Of a stretch of DNA of 64,000 bases, positions 9,540-19,220 are shown one piece after another (position 1 is the first letter of the stretch; the number at the start of each line of letters is the position of its first letter). The stretch lies in the NCBI GenBank assembly GCA_963725665.1, contig CAVRZA010000004.1, positions 352,001 to 416,000 on the forward strand. The letters are read 5' to 3'. Under the pieces are notes generated by a model. The model was not told the DNA's origin. It was given only the letters and a program-made list of their open reading frames with translations, and made no database searches. This DNA is from an uncultured Actinomycetes bacterium (GTDB taxonomy: Bacteria; Actinomycetota; Thermoleophilia; UBA2241). A program made the translations under genes and the position numbers.

Positions 9540-11539
9540 CTAGGTGGAAGCGAGCGCGCGAACTCCACACTCCTGCAGCCACGCCGCCGTCTCGTCGAGC
9601 TCCCTCATCGGGGGGACGTAGATGACAGCGCACTCACGGCCGCGGGTCAGCAACACGCGGTAGGCGTTCAGGCGCAGTTGGAACGGATCGCGAACGTGCG
9701 CCGACCGTGCGTGCCGCTTCGCCCAAGCGTTCGACCACCTGTTGTCTCGTCGCACAAGGTCCGTGCCCCAGGCGAGCAGCACGCCGTCGAGCTCGAGCCC
9801 CTGAGCGCCGAACTCCGTAACGCAGTCGCGCAGATGGCGGCACGAGTGGTGACTGTCTCGCTTGCCGTCGCCATACCAGGGACCGAGCTGCACGCGTCGT
9901 GTCGAGTGCCAGTCGTTGAACACACCCCAGTCAGGCAGAGCCTTATCCCGTGAGGAGGCGACGAGGCCGAAGCGGGCGTCGGGCACATCCGCGTAGCGGT
10001 CGCGAAGATACGCGCGCGCAGTCCCGAGATCGCGCGTCATGCGCAGGTGGTAGGCCTGCCTCTCCAGTCGGTCGGAGAGCTCTCGACAGTGCACCGAAAT
10101 GCGATTCGCCTCTCTGTCGCTGACCTCGTCGGGCCAGCCGCGGTCGTCAGCCAGCACCCCGTCGACCCACGCATCGAGATCTGAGCAGAGTGGAAGCGCA
10201 GCTCGACCTGGAGGTCGAGCTGCGCGCATGCCTCGAGCGGCACCGCAGGACGTGCCCGTCGTCGTCGGGGCCAGCGAAGACCTCATCGAGCACGCGCTGC
10301 GCGGCGTGCACCGTCCAGCCGTCAGTTTGGTCGGCCTCAGCCAGCGCCCGGCGCCACTGGCTCAGGCCGGCCTCCTCACCGACGTGGATCTCCTGTCCTG
10401 AGCCTATGAGCCCGACAAGCACACACCACTCTGGGATGCGCTGCCGAACTCGATGAAGGCCTCAGGCTCCGACATCGGTGTGGAGAAGGCATGCTTCGCG
10501 GCCACCTGCTCCACGTCCCAGGCGCGCTGCGCCTCGTCGTAGACGATCACGTGCTGCGGCGGCACCGCCGCCCTGTCGCCGAGGTACTGCTTGACGTAGT
10601 TCTGACGTCGCGGACGAAGGGTCTTGCCGCCACCGCCGGCGTCACGCAGCTCGTACTGCAGCACCTCCACCAGCGGGCCCTTCCCAGAAAGGAAGATGGC
10701 GGGCGCCGGCGGCTTGCCGCCGGCGCGATCCACCGCGAGATCGTCGAGCGCCGGGTTGTGGACTGCGCTCAGACCGACGAGCGTCTTGCCTGATCCCGGC
10801 ACGCCCGTGACCAGCACGAGATGCCGTGAGCGCGTGAGCGCAGCCTCGTGGGCGATGCGCGCTATCTCATCGATTGCGGGTTGCGTCGCTGCACGGGCAC
10901 GGTGGATGGGCCGGATCTCGTTGTGCAGGAACAGCTCCCGTGCCGCCTGAACGAGCGTGGGGAGGGGGCAGTAGGCATCGCGAGCGAGAAACTGGTCAGC
11001 GGTGAGCGGACCGTCGGCCCAAGGTCGCTGCAACTGCTGGATGAGTTGGTGCAGCGAGTCGGGGCCGCACACGCGCACGCCGTCGCGCGTCCCGACGAAT
11101 CCGTGCGCGCGCGTCGGTACAACCACGGCGTGTACCTCGCGCTCGGCGCAGTGTTTGTGGTAGCAGCGCAGGTCGCGCGCGTATGCAGCCGCCTGGTCGA
11201 GATCGGCCTGGTCGGGCTCTTCCTTGCCCTTGAGTTCGAGGCATACAACGGCACCGCTGACGAGCAGGACGACGTGGGTCGTCGAGACTCCAGCGGTAGT
11301 TCGTACTCGAGGATCGCGGTGTATGTGTCGGCGAGGTCGTCGAGGACGACGACCTCGCCGACCTCATGCTGCAGCTTGGGAATCGAGTCCTTCCAGGCGA
11401 AGACTTGAGATTCGCTCACGTCGGCGAGGAACTCCTCGAGCGAGATCCGGACGACTTCCGGCTTGGTTTCGGAGAAGGTTGGGAAGTCGCTCTCCCAACC
11501 GCAGCGGGCGCGGACCGAGTCGTTCGGCCTGATCACCAT
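9540..11539 (-). CDS. DUF2075 (Schlafen group 3-like) helicase with N-terminal PD-(D/E)xK-type nuclease domain (several frameshifts)
   Basis: EYELPLESRRPDVVLL..CLELKGK; Walker A GVPGSGKT; YDEAQRAW; GSGQEIHVGEE; TEFGAQGLELD; NAYRVLLTRGR. Confidence 0.85.
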
Positions 11540-11767
11540 GCCGCTGCGGCTGTCGCTGCCCTGATCACGAAGAAGATACTAGGTGACGATACGGGGCGAT
11601 GCTACCGCGCCTGTGAGCGAGTCGATCAACACGCCATCGGCGACCTTGAGGTTGCCGAAATAGGGTGGCAGGTCGCTGGAGTGTAACTCGTCAATGCATT
11701 GGGCTACACTCTCCCGGTCAACAGCCCCCGCAAGGTGCGCGGGCGCGAAGCAGAGGACCGGTGCAGC

Positions 11768-13804
11768 ATGCCCCTTCACGTCATCCTTCCCGACGGCTCC
11801 CCGCTCGAACTCGTCGACGGCGCCACTGCGCTTGACGCCGCGCTGGCGATCGGGCCGCGACTGGCGAAGGCCGCGGTCGCGGCCCGGATTGCGCGCAACG
11901 GCGTCGAGCGCACGACTGATGATGAAGGCCGCCTCGTCGATCTGAACTCCCCACTCCACGAGGGCGACCAGGTCGCCATCGTCACGCCGGCCAGCCCCGA
12001 AGGCCTCGACGTCATCCGCCACTCGACCAGCCACGCGCTCGCCCAGGCGGTCCTGCGCCTCTGGCCGGGCGCCGAGTACGCCATCGGGCCGACCATCGAG
12101 AACGGCTTCTACTACGACTTCCTCCTGCCGCAGCCGATCTCGGACGCGGACCTGGCGCGCATCGAGGAGGAGATGGCCAAGATTGTCGCCGAGGACGAAG
12201 CGGTCACTCGCTTCGAGGTCCCAGTCGACGAGGCGCTGGCCGTCTTCGGGGCCGGCGCAGCCGGCCGCACGGCCAACGACCTGCCGACCGGGCTCGACCA
12301 GCCGTTCAAGGTCGAGCTCGTCGAAGACCTCGTCTCGGCGGCGCAAGAGGCCGGCGAGGCCGTCCCGACCATCAGCATCTACACCCAGGGAGAATTCGTC
12401 GACCTCTGCCGCGGACCCCACGTGCCCTCGACAGCCAAGATTGGCAAGGGCACCTTCAAGCTGACCTCCCTGGCCGGCGCCTACTGGCGCGGTGACGAGC
12501 GTAACCCGATGCTCACGCGCATCTACGGCACCGCCTGGGCGAGCAAGGAGGAGCTGGCGGCGTATCTCGAGGCACTCGAGATGGCCCGCCAGCGCGATCA
12601 CCGCCGCCTGGGCCGCGACCTCGACCTCTTCAGCTTCCACGAGGAGGGCCCCGGCTTTCCCTTCTTCCACGCCAAGGGCATGCGCCTCTGGAACGCCATC
12701 ATCGACTACTGGCGCGACGAGCACGTCGAAGGCCGGCTACGAGGAGGTGCGCACGCCGCAGATCCTGCGCCGCGAGCTCTGGGAGATGTCGGGCCACTGG
12801 GAGAACTACAAGGAAAACATGTACTTCACCGAGATCGACGGGCAGCCGTTCGCCGTCAAGCCGATGAACTGCCCCGGCGGCCTGCTCATCTACAAGTCGC
12901 GACGGCGCAGCTACCGCGACCTGCCGCTGCGCATGGCGGAGCTCGGTCAGGTGCACCGCCACGAGCTCTCCGGCGTGCTGCACGGGCTCTTCCGCGTGCG
13001 CTACTTCACCCAGGACGACGCCCACATCTACTGCACCCCCGAGCAGCTCGAGGACGAGGTTCGCGGCGTGCTTGCACTTCATGCTGCACATCTACGCCGC
13101 CTTCGGCTTCACCGACACCGACGTGCGCATCGAGCTCTCCACCCGCGGCGAGAAGTCGATCGGCTCCGACGAGATGTGGGAGCGCGCCGAGGGCGCCCTG
13201 CGCCACGTGCTCGAGAGCGAGGGGACCGACTTCCAGCTCGAACCCCGGCGACGCCGCCTTCTACGGGCCCAAGATCGACTTCCACATCCGCGATGTGATG
13301 GGACGGAGCTGGCAGTGCGGCACCATCCAGGTCGACTTCGCCATGCCCGAGCGCCTCGACATCACCTACACCGGCGCCGACAACGAGGAGCACCGGCCGG
13401 TGATGATCCACCGCGCCATGCTGGGCGCGATCGAGCGCTTCATGGGCATCCTGCTGGAGCACTACGGCGGCAACCTGCCGACCTGGCTGGCGCCGGTGCA
13501 GGCGCTGGTGCTGCCGGTGGCCGACCGCCACGCCGGCTACGCCGTCGGCGTCATGGAGGCGCTCAGGGTGGCCGGCCTGCGCGCCGAGGTCGACGATCGC
13601 TCCGAGAGCGTGGGGAAGAGGATCCGCGACGGCCAGCTCCAGAAGGTGCCCTACCTGCTCGTAGTCGGCGATCGGGAGGAGGGCGCGCGCGCCGTCAGCG
13701 TGCGCGCGCGGGGGGAGGAGAAGGGCAGCGTGCCGATCGAGGAGTTCGTGCGCGAACTGCGTGAAGAGGTCGCGGAGCGGCGGCTGCCGGCGGCGGCGGG
13801 GTAG
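11768..13804 (+). CDS. thrS: Threonine--tRNA ligase (frameshifts near 12730, 13070, 13240)
   Basis: TGS domain, [62 protein letters not shown]. Confidence 0.97.
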   Translation: MPLHVILPDGSPLELVDGATALDAALAIGPRLAKAAVAARIARNGVERTTDDEGRLVDLNSPLHEGDQVAIVTPASPEGLDVIRHSTSHALAQAVLRLWPGAEYAIGPTIENGFYYDFLLPQPISDADLARIEEEMAKIVAEDEAVTRFEVPVDEALAVFGAGAAGRTANDLPTGLDQPFKVELVEDLVSAAQEAGEAVPTISIYTQGEFVDLCRGPHVPSTAKIGKGTFKLTSLAGAYWRGDERNPMLTRIYGTAWASKEELAAYLEALEMARQRDHRRLGRDLDLFSFHEEGPGFPFFHAKGMRLWNAIIDYWRDEHVEGRLRGGAHAADPAPRALGDVGPLGELQGKHVLHRDRRAAVRRQADELPRRPAHLQVATAQLPRPAAAHGGARSGAPPRALRRAARALPRALLHPGRRPHLLHPRAARGRGSRRACTSCCTSTPPSASPTPTCASSSPPAARSRSAPTRCGSAPRAPCATCSRARGPTSSSNPGDAAFYGPKIDFHIRDVMGRSWQCGTIQVDFAMPERLDITYTGADNEEHRPVMIHRAMLGAIERFMGILLEHYGGNLPTWLAPVQALVLPVADRHAGYAVGVMEALRVAGLRAEVDDRSESVGKRIRDGQLQKVPYLLVVGDREEGARAVSVRARGEEKGSVPIEEFVRELREEVAERRLPAAAG

Positions 13805-13842
13805 CGGGACTGCCGACCACGGCGACTCGCGAGGGAGGTCTA

Positions 13843-14064
13843 GTGGGCAAGGACGAGGACTATCCGCCAGCCGGCGTCAAGTGTCTTCGCTGCGGAGCGG
13901 ATCTGTACGAGCTCGGCCCGGCAGAGTTCCGGGTCGGCGGGACGAGCGGCGGCTGGAAGCTCTTCTTCGGGGAGTGGGCCGAGCTGGGCGAGGACATGAT
14001 CAGCTTCGAGCTGCTCGGCTGCAAAGAGTGCCGTCACGTCGAGTTGCGGCTGCCGCCCGAGTAG
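13843..14064 (+). CDS. Small zinc-ribbon protein (DUF2082-like)
   Basis: KCLRCG...GCKECRHVEL; SD ggagg before GTG; 73 aa. Confidence 0.75.
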   Translation: MGKDEDYPPAGVKCLRCGADLYELGPAEFRVGGTSGGWKLFFGEWAELGEDMISFELLGCKECRHVELRLPPE

Positions 14065-14093
14065 CTGTAGACGGGCTTCTGTATCGGAGGTTC

Positions 14094-14637
14094 ATGGCGG
14101 CGACCGTGTATCGCGTGTATCCGTGGAGCAGCGTGGCGCTGTACAACGGCGCCACGCTGCTCCACTTCGGCCTCGGCACGGCGGGCCTGATCATCGCCTA
14201 CGACCGCTGGCCCGCGCTCGCCCTGGCCGTCGGCGGTGCGTACCTCGTCTTCGCGCTCGCGCAGATGTACCTGATGATGCCGCTCGTCGTCTGCCCGTCG
14301 TGCGTGTACCGCACGATGAGCGGCGCGCGCTGCGTCTCGGCGATGAACATCCTCTCGGCGCGCATCGCGGCGACGAGGCCGCTCGAGGAGTTCCCCCGCC
14401 GGGGCAGCGGCATCCTCTGCCACAACAACCTGTATCTCGGCTCGTTGATCGCCCCCATCCCGCTCATGGTGCCCGGGCTCGTCGTCAACTTCGCGCTCGT
14501 CGGTCTGGCGTTGCTCCTCACCGTAACCGCGTTCCTGCTCGCCTTCCGCTTCTTCGTCGTCTTCAAGCGCACCGCGTGCCCGCACTGCGCGGCCAAGGGG
14601 CGCTGCCCCAACGCGCAGGGCGATGGGGATCGGGTAG
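14094..14637 (+). CDS. Uncharacterised 4-TM membrane protein with Cys clusters
   Basis: SD ggagg; MAATVYRVYPW; CPSCVY..RCVS, CHNN, ACPHCAAKGRCP; likely 1-nt error just before stop 14637. Confidence 0.75.
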
Positions 14638-14725
14638 GGTCGCACCGCTGGCGGCGAGGCCTGCCGCTGCCGCCGCCGGCTCGGGTGCGTACGTGCGGGC
14701 CCAAACGTCGTAAGCTCCCGGCCCG

Positions 14726-14761
14726 TTGTCATCTTGACCACTTCTGGTCATACTGTGACCA
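14726..14761 (+). promoter_or_regulatory. Leaderless promoter and operator of vapBC
   Basis: TTGTCA-17 nt-CATACT-6 nt-ATG; palindrome TGACCA-cttc-TGGTCA (14735-14750) plus a third TGACCA half-site overlapping the ATG. Confidence 0.6.
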
Positions 14762-15031
14762 TGGATCGCGTGACCGTCGCCGAGCTCAAGGCCAGACTGA
14801 GCCACTACCTACGCGAGGTACGTGCCGGCAAGTCGTTCACGGTCTCAGCCGCGACATCCCGTCGCCAGGCTGGGGCCCTACGACCCCGATGAGATCGACG
14901 ACCTCGTCGTCATCGAGCCGACCGAAGACCCGGCCACCTGGGGTCAGATCGACCTGCCGCCGCTGGGGCGCGAGATCGATGTCGTGGCTTTGATCCGCGA
15001 GGATCGCGACGACTCGCGACGCCGGCTCTGA
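14761..15031 (+). CDS. Phd/YefM-family antitoxin (frameshifted; may extend to 15095)
   Basis: MDRVTVAELKARLSHYLREVRAGKSFTV..PVARLGP. Confidence 0.85.
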
Positions 15032-15091
15032 CGCCATCATGCGCGGGTCGCGGAGACCGGCCATGGCCGTCACGAAGGCCGCGGGCGACGA

Positions 15092-15508
15092 ATGATCGCC
15101 TACGTCGATTCGTCTGTTCTACTTCGCTTCATTCTCGATCAGCCGGACAGGCTCGTCGAGCTCACACTCTTTGACGAACGTTTCACGTCGGCGGTCACCG
15201 AGGTGGAGTGTCTCCGCGCGGTCGACGCTTCACGGGTGAGTGGCCTACTCACGGACGAGGAGTTGGTCAGCCGGCGTTCGCTCGTGTTCGCTCAGTTGCG
15301 CCGCATGCGTCGCCTCGGGGTCTCGCGCTCTGTCCTGACGCGGGCTGGTGAGTCCTTGACATGCTGGTGCAACACACCTCGACGCCATCCATCTCGCGAC
15401 GGCCTTGCAGTGGCGTGAACGCCGCGCTCCCGACCTTGTGTTCGCGACCCACGATCGCCGGCTCGGTCGCGCCGCCCGGCGCTGGGGTTTCCGGTCGTCG
15501 GCGTGTAA
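15092..15508 (+). CDS. VapC PIN-domain toxin (frameshifted)
   Basis: MIAYVDSSVLL, TEVEC, TLDAIHLATAL, FATHDRRL..LGFPVVGV*. Confidence 0.85.
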
Positions 15509-15672
15509 GGACGCTGCAGGCAGGAGGCCGCCCTCGCTGGGCCGGTGCGTGACCGGGCTCAGCCGCGGCTCACCGCGCGGTACTTCGGCGATTCCATCTA
15601 AAGTCGGTGGTATTAGTTCACCGCTGCCGAGGTTACGTTCGCTCCCCACCTGGGCAGAACGACGTATGAATG

Positions 15673-15695
15673 AGTTTCTTATCTATTAGGAAACT
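15673..15695. promoter_or_regulatory. Probable MarR operator
   Basis: AT-rich near-perfect inverted repeat AGTTTCTTA-tctat-TAGGAAACT directly upstream of the MarR gene. Confidence 0.6.
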
Positions 15696-15711
15696 TGTCA
15701 TCGAGGCGAAG

Positions 15712-16233
15712 GTGTCGTCATCGAGAGGGGAGCAAGGCCGCACCACCCGTCTGCCCCGACAGCCGAGGAGTTGAGCGAGGCTACGCGCAGGCTAGACGTC
15801 GCCCTGGTGAAGCTCAACGCGGCCCTCGCCGCCGGCTGCACCTGAGCCAGCCCGAGCTGATGGCGATCACGCACGTCAGCTCCGAAGGGGTCCTCGGACC
15901 GAGCGAGCTCGCGCACCGCATCGACGTCACCACGGGCGCGGTCACGGCGCTCGTCGACAGGCTGGCCGAGCGGGGTCACCTCGAACGCCAGCCGCATCCC
16001 GCCGATCGACGCAAGCTGCTGCTCACGGTGACCCCGCACGCACTCGACGAGGTGCTGCGTCACGTGTTGCCGCTTGCCGACGACGTCCGCGCTCTCGCGA
16101 AGACGTTCAACGACGAGGAGCGAACGCCGCGCATCGGCCGTTTCCTCGAGGAGCTCATAGTCGATCATCGAACGACACGCCGAAGAGGAACCCGCGGGCG
16201 GGAGAGCGACCTCGACGACCGAGCCTCCACTGA
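15712..16233 (+). CDS. MarR-family transcriptional regulator (frameshifted; ends approximate)
   Basis: GPSELAHRIDVTTGAVTALVDRLAERGHLERQPHPADRRKLLL. Confidence 0.85.
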
Positions 16234-16262
16234 CGACCAGGGAGGATCAAGGAGGGATATCA

Positions 16263-17066
16263 ATGTCAGATACGACCACCACGTTCGGTCGTGACGTCGC
16301 ATCCACGGTGCACTCCGACGTCGACCGGCGCCTCGACCGGCTGCGCTGGTGGAACGTCATCGTCGGGCTGGTCCTCGCCGTGCAGGCGGCGATGATCGCC
16401 GTGCTGACCAGCAACTTCTCGCTGCCTGTGACGGCGACGTTCATGGACGGCCCGCCCGGCACGGCGGCCAAGCTGCATCACCTGTTCGATATCGCCACCG
16501 GCTGGGGCGTGTTCGCGTTCCTCGCCATCTCGGCGGGAGCCCTTCTGATCATCGCCTCGCCACTGGCCTTCGGCTGGTACAAGCGCAACCTGTTGAAGAG
16601 CCGCAACTACGGGCGCTGGATCGAGTACTTCTTCAGCTCCTCGCTCATGATCGTGCTCATCTCGCAGCTCGTCGGCATCAGCGACATCGCCGCGCTGCTG
16701 GCCATCTTCGGCATCAACGCCAGCATGATCCTCTTCGGGCTGCTGATGGAGAAGTACGAGACCCCGGGCAAGGCGAACTGGCTGGCCTATTGGTTCGGCT
16801 GCTTTGCCGGTATCATCCCGTGGCTGGCCGTCGTCATCTACACGTGGGCACCGGGCATCAACGCCAACCCGCCGGCGTTCGTCTACGGGATAATCGTCTC
16901 GCTGTTCATCTTCTTCAACTGCTTCGCCGTGAACATGGTGTTGCAGTACAAGCAGGTCGGACCGTGGCGCGACTACCTGTTCGGGGAGAAGGTGTACATC
17001 CTGCTCAGCTTGACCGCGAAGGCGCTGCTGGCGTGGCAGGTGTTCTTCCCGGTGCTCATGAAGTAG
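16263..17066 (+). CDS. Heliorhodopsin (HeR)
   Basis: 7 TM; LPVT..GPPG, NYGRWIEY..SSSLM, NASMILFG..EK, LQY, GEKVYILLSLTAKALLAWQ with the retinal-binding Lys; SD ggagg. Confidence 0.95.
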   Translation: MSDTTTTFGRDVASTVHSDVDRRLDRLRWWNVIVGLVLAVQAAMIAVLTSNFSLPVTATFMDGPPGTAAKLHHLFDIATGWGVFAFLAISAGALLIIASPLAFGWYKRNLLKSRNYGRWIEYFFSSSLMIVLISQLVGISDIAALLAIFGINASMILFGLLMEKYETPGKANWLAYWFGCFAGIIPWLAVVIYTWAPGINANPPAFVYGIIVSLFIFFNCFAVNMVLQYKQVGPWRDYLFGEKVYILLSLTAKALLAWQVFFPVLMK

Positions 17067-17081
17067 TCGGCAAACGATGAG

Positions 17082-17579
17082 GTGACGATGCCCGCTCCGA
17101 CGAGCGCTGGCCTGCTCATGTACCGCCGCCGTGGCGGGCGTCTCGAGGTGCTCCTGGTCCACCCGGGCGGACCGTACTTCGCCAAGAAGGACCGTGGCGC
17201 GTGGAGCATCCCCAAGGGCCTCGTCGACAGCGGCGAGGACCTCCTTGCGGCGGCGCGGCGAGAGTTCACCGAGGAGACGGGCTTCGTGGCGCAGGGTCCG
17301 TTCACGCCGCTCGGCGGAGTCAAGCGGCGCACCCACAAGATCGTCTATGCCTGGGCCTTCGAGGGTGATTGCGACCCCGAGGACCTGGCGAGCAACACCT
17401 TCGAGATGGAGTGGCCGCCCCGAACGGGGCGGCCACTCCAGGTCCCCGAGGTCGACCGGGCGGCGTTCTTCGACCTGGAGAAGGCGCGCGAGGCCATCGT
17501 CGGTTACCAGCGTCGCTTCATCGATGAGCTCGAGGGCATCGTGGTAGAGCGAGGAGCCGGTGTCGAGCCCGGTCGATGA
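17082..17579 (+). CDS. NUDIX hydrolase
   Basis: SAGLL, LVHPGGP, WSIPKG...AARREFTEETG Nudix box, PEVDRA. Confidence 0.92.
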   Translation: MTMPAPTSAGLLMYRRRGGRLEVLLVHPGGPYFAKKDRGAWSIPKGLVDSGEDLLAAARREFTEETGFVAQGPFTPLGGVKRRTHKIVYAWAFEGDCDPEDLASNTFEMEWPPRTGRPLQVPEVDRAAFFDLEKAREAIVGYQRRFIDELEGIVVERGAGVEPGR

Positions 17580-17708
17580 GGATCCGGGGCTCGTTTCGTC
17601 CAAGGTCACGAGAGGGTCAAGGCCTCCTATGGTGGTCGGAGGCGGCCTGTTCCTAGAGAATGCATCCTCGAATCGTCAGAAGGACCCGATTCCGAGCCAG
17701 GAGGAGCC

Positions 17709-18905
17709 ATGGTGAAACGGATGATAGGCGGCCCTGGGAGAGGCCGCTTCTTGCTGCTGGTGGTGGTGACACTGGCGCTGCTCACTCTGTTTGCGATAGG
17801 CGCTCAGTCGGCGCTGGCCTACATGGGCTGGGTCCACTCGGCGGCAAACACCTGCGCCTCTTGCCACCCCGGCGGCAACACCGGCGTGCCGGGAACCAAC
17901 GCGGCCTGTCAGGGTTGTCACCCGGGCCCGTCGGTGCGCACCGGCTACGACTGTTGGTCGTGCCACAAGCCCGGCGCTGCCGTGGTGGCCAGCCCCTGCA
18001 ACGGCTGCCACCTCTACGCGGGCGATAACCCGCCGACCTACACCACCGCGCACTCGCACCCGGCGCACGTGGGCTCCAACCTCAAGGTGTGCACCACGTG
18101 CCACAATCTCACGGTCGACAACCCTCACCACTCGACAGCAGCTGTGGCGGCGCCGACGTGCACCACCTGTCACGCGGCCACGCCGGTGGACGGCGCGCCC
18201 GTCCCGCACGGGACCTACGTCGTGGGTGTGGTCTGCTCGACCTGCCACAAGGGCGTCGACCCGAACCATCCGCTGAGCGCGGCCGTCAAGACGCCGACGC
18301 TCACCTTCACGGCGACGCAGCCCCTTGGTAACCCCGACGTGACGCTGAAGGGCACCCTGAAGAACGGCACGACGGCCCTTGCCGGCGCTCTCGTCTACCT
18401 GCAGTCGACGCCCGACGGGACGACCTTCACCGACGTTACCTCGGTGACGACGACCGCCACGGGCGCCTTCACCCACACGGTGGTGGCGGCCACCGCCGGT
18501 CTGCAGTATCGCGCCGTCGCGCAGGGCGTGGCCGGTCCGCCGGTGGTGTTGCCGGTCAAGAAGCTGATGCCGGTCACGATCCCGGTGGTCAAGGAGACCA
18601 TCACGCTCAAGCTGAACGGCAGGACGACGATCTTCACGATTCTGCTAGGCAGAAGCGTGACCGCGAAGGGTGTCATCGCGCCGAAGCTCACCCTCTCTCA
18701 GGTCGTGAAGCTGACGGTGCAGAAGCGGCGCGCCAACGGCACCTGGGCGCCGGTCAAGACGCTCAGCACCGTCAAGGTGACCAGTGCCTACAGCAAGATC
18801 TACAAACCGGGTAGCCGCGGCACGTTCCGGATGCGCGCCGTTCTCGCCAAGACGGCGACACACACGGCGGCGACCAGTGTCTGGCGTACGTTCAAGGTGA
18901 AGTAG
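17709..18905 (+). CDS. Secreted multiheme (7x CxxCH) cytochrome c with C-terminal Ig-like beta domains
   Basis: Signal peptide ending SALA; CASCH, CQGCH, CWSCH, CNGCH, CTTCH, CTTCH, CSTCH; Thr/Val/Lys-rich beta-sandwich C-terminus; SD aggagg. Confidence 0.9.
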   Translation: MVKRMIGGPGRGRFLLLVVVTLALLTLFAIGAQSALAYMGWVHSAANTCASCHPGGNTGVPGTNAACQGCHPGPSVRTGYDCWSCHKPGAAVVASPCNGCHLYAGDNPPTYTTAHSHPAHVGSNLKVCTTCHNLTVDNPHHSTAAVAAPTCTTCHAATPVDGAPVPHGTYVVGVVCSTCHKGVDPNHPLSAAVKTPTLTFTATQPLGNPDVTLKGTLKNGTTALAGALVYLQSTPDGTTFTDVTSVTTTATGAFTHTVVAATAGLQYRAVAQGVAGPPVVLPVKKLMPVTIPVVKETITLKLNGRTTIFTILLGRSVTAKGVIAPKLTLSQVVKLTVQKRRANGTWAPVKTLSTVKVTSAYSKIYKPGSRGTFRMRAVLAKTATHTAATSVWRTFKVK

Positions 18906-18959
18906 ACCCAGCGATTGACTGTGCCGGGCGCGTGTAGCAGCAGACCCGGCAGCAGGCAA

Positions 18960-18997
18960 GCCAGGGGCGGCGGTTGGCAAGAGCCGCCGCCCCTGGC
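18960..18997 (+). terminator. GC-rich hairpin after the cytochrome gene
   Basis: gccaggggcggcggtt...agccgccgcccctggc. Confidence 0.6.
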
Positions 18998-19121
18998 CGC
19001 TTCTGGGCAGTCGCGCGCGAGTGGAGAGCCGATCGAGTCCGTGCCTGCGCACGTGCCTTTGGCAACGACGCCAGCCTGTCGACTCCCCTTGCGGCGTCGT
19101 GTATACTCCCACCTCGCATAT

Positions 19122-19220
19122 GAGCAGAAGCCGCAGCTTCTCACCCTGCGCCCGTAGGCCGGCCGACAGGGTCACGAACGGAAGGAGAACCGAGGGTTCG
19201 CTTTAGCGTTCCCTTTTTGT
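19122..19220 (+). promoter_or_regulatory. Ribosomal protein L20 leader-like RNA
   Basis: AGAAGC-cgca-GCTTCT-C-ACCCTG...CAGGGT two-stem core (AGAAG..CTTCTCACC), then hairpin plus T-tract before infC; TATACT -10 at 19102. Confidence 0.7.

Noticed and set aside
11560-11767. T-box riboswitch, attC site or IscB omega-RNA end upstream of thrS
   Set aside because: aaatagggtggca lacks the GGTGGNACC continuation and no specifier stem is evident; the gagtgtaac..gctacactc hairpin (11679-11711) lacks proper attC boxes; no integrase or IscB/TnpB nearby
5794-16233. Programmed frameshifting or mass pseudogenisation (DUF2807, DHFR-like, DUF2075, thrS, vapBC, marR)
   Set aside because: Indels cluster regionally and hit essential thrS three times without slippery motifs; best explained as long-read consensus errors
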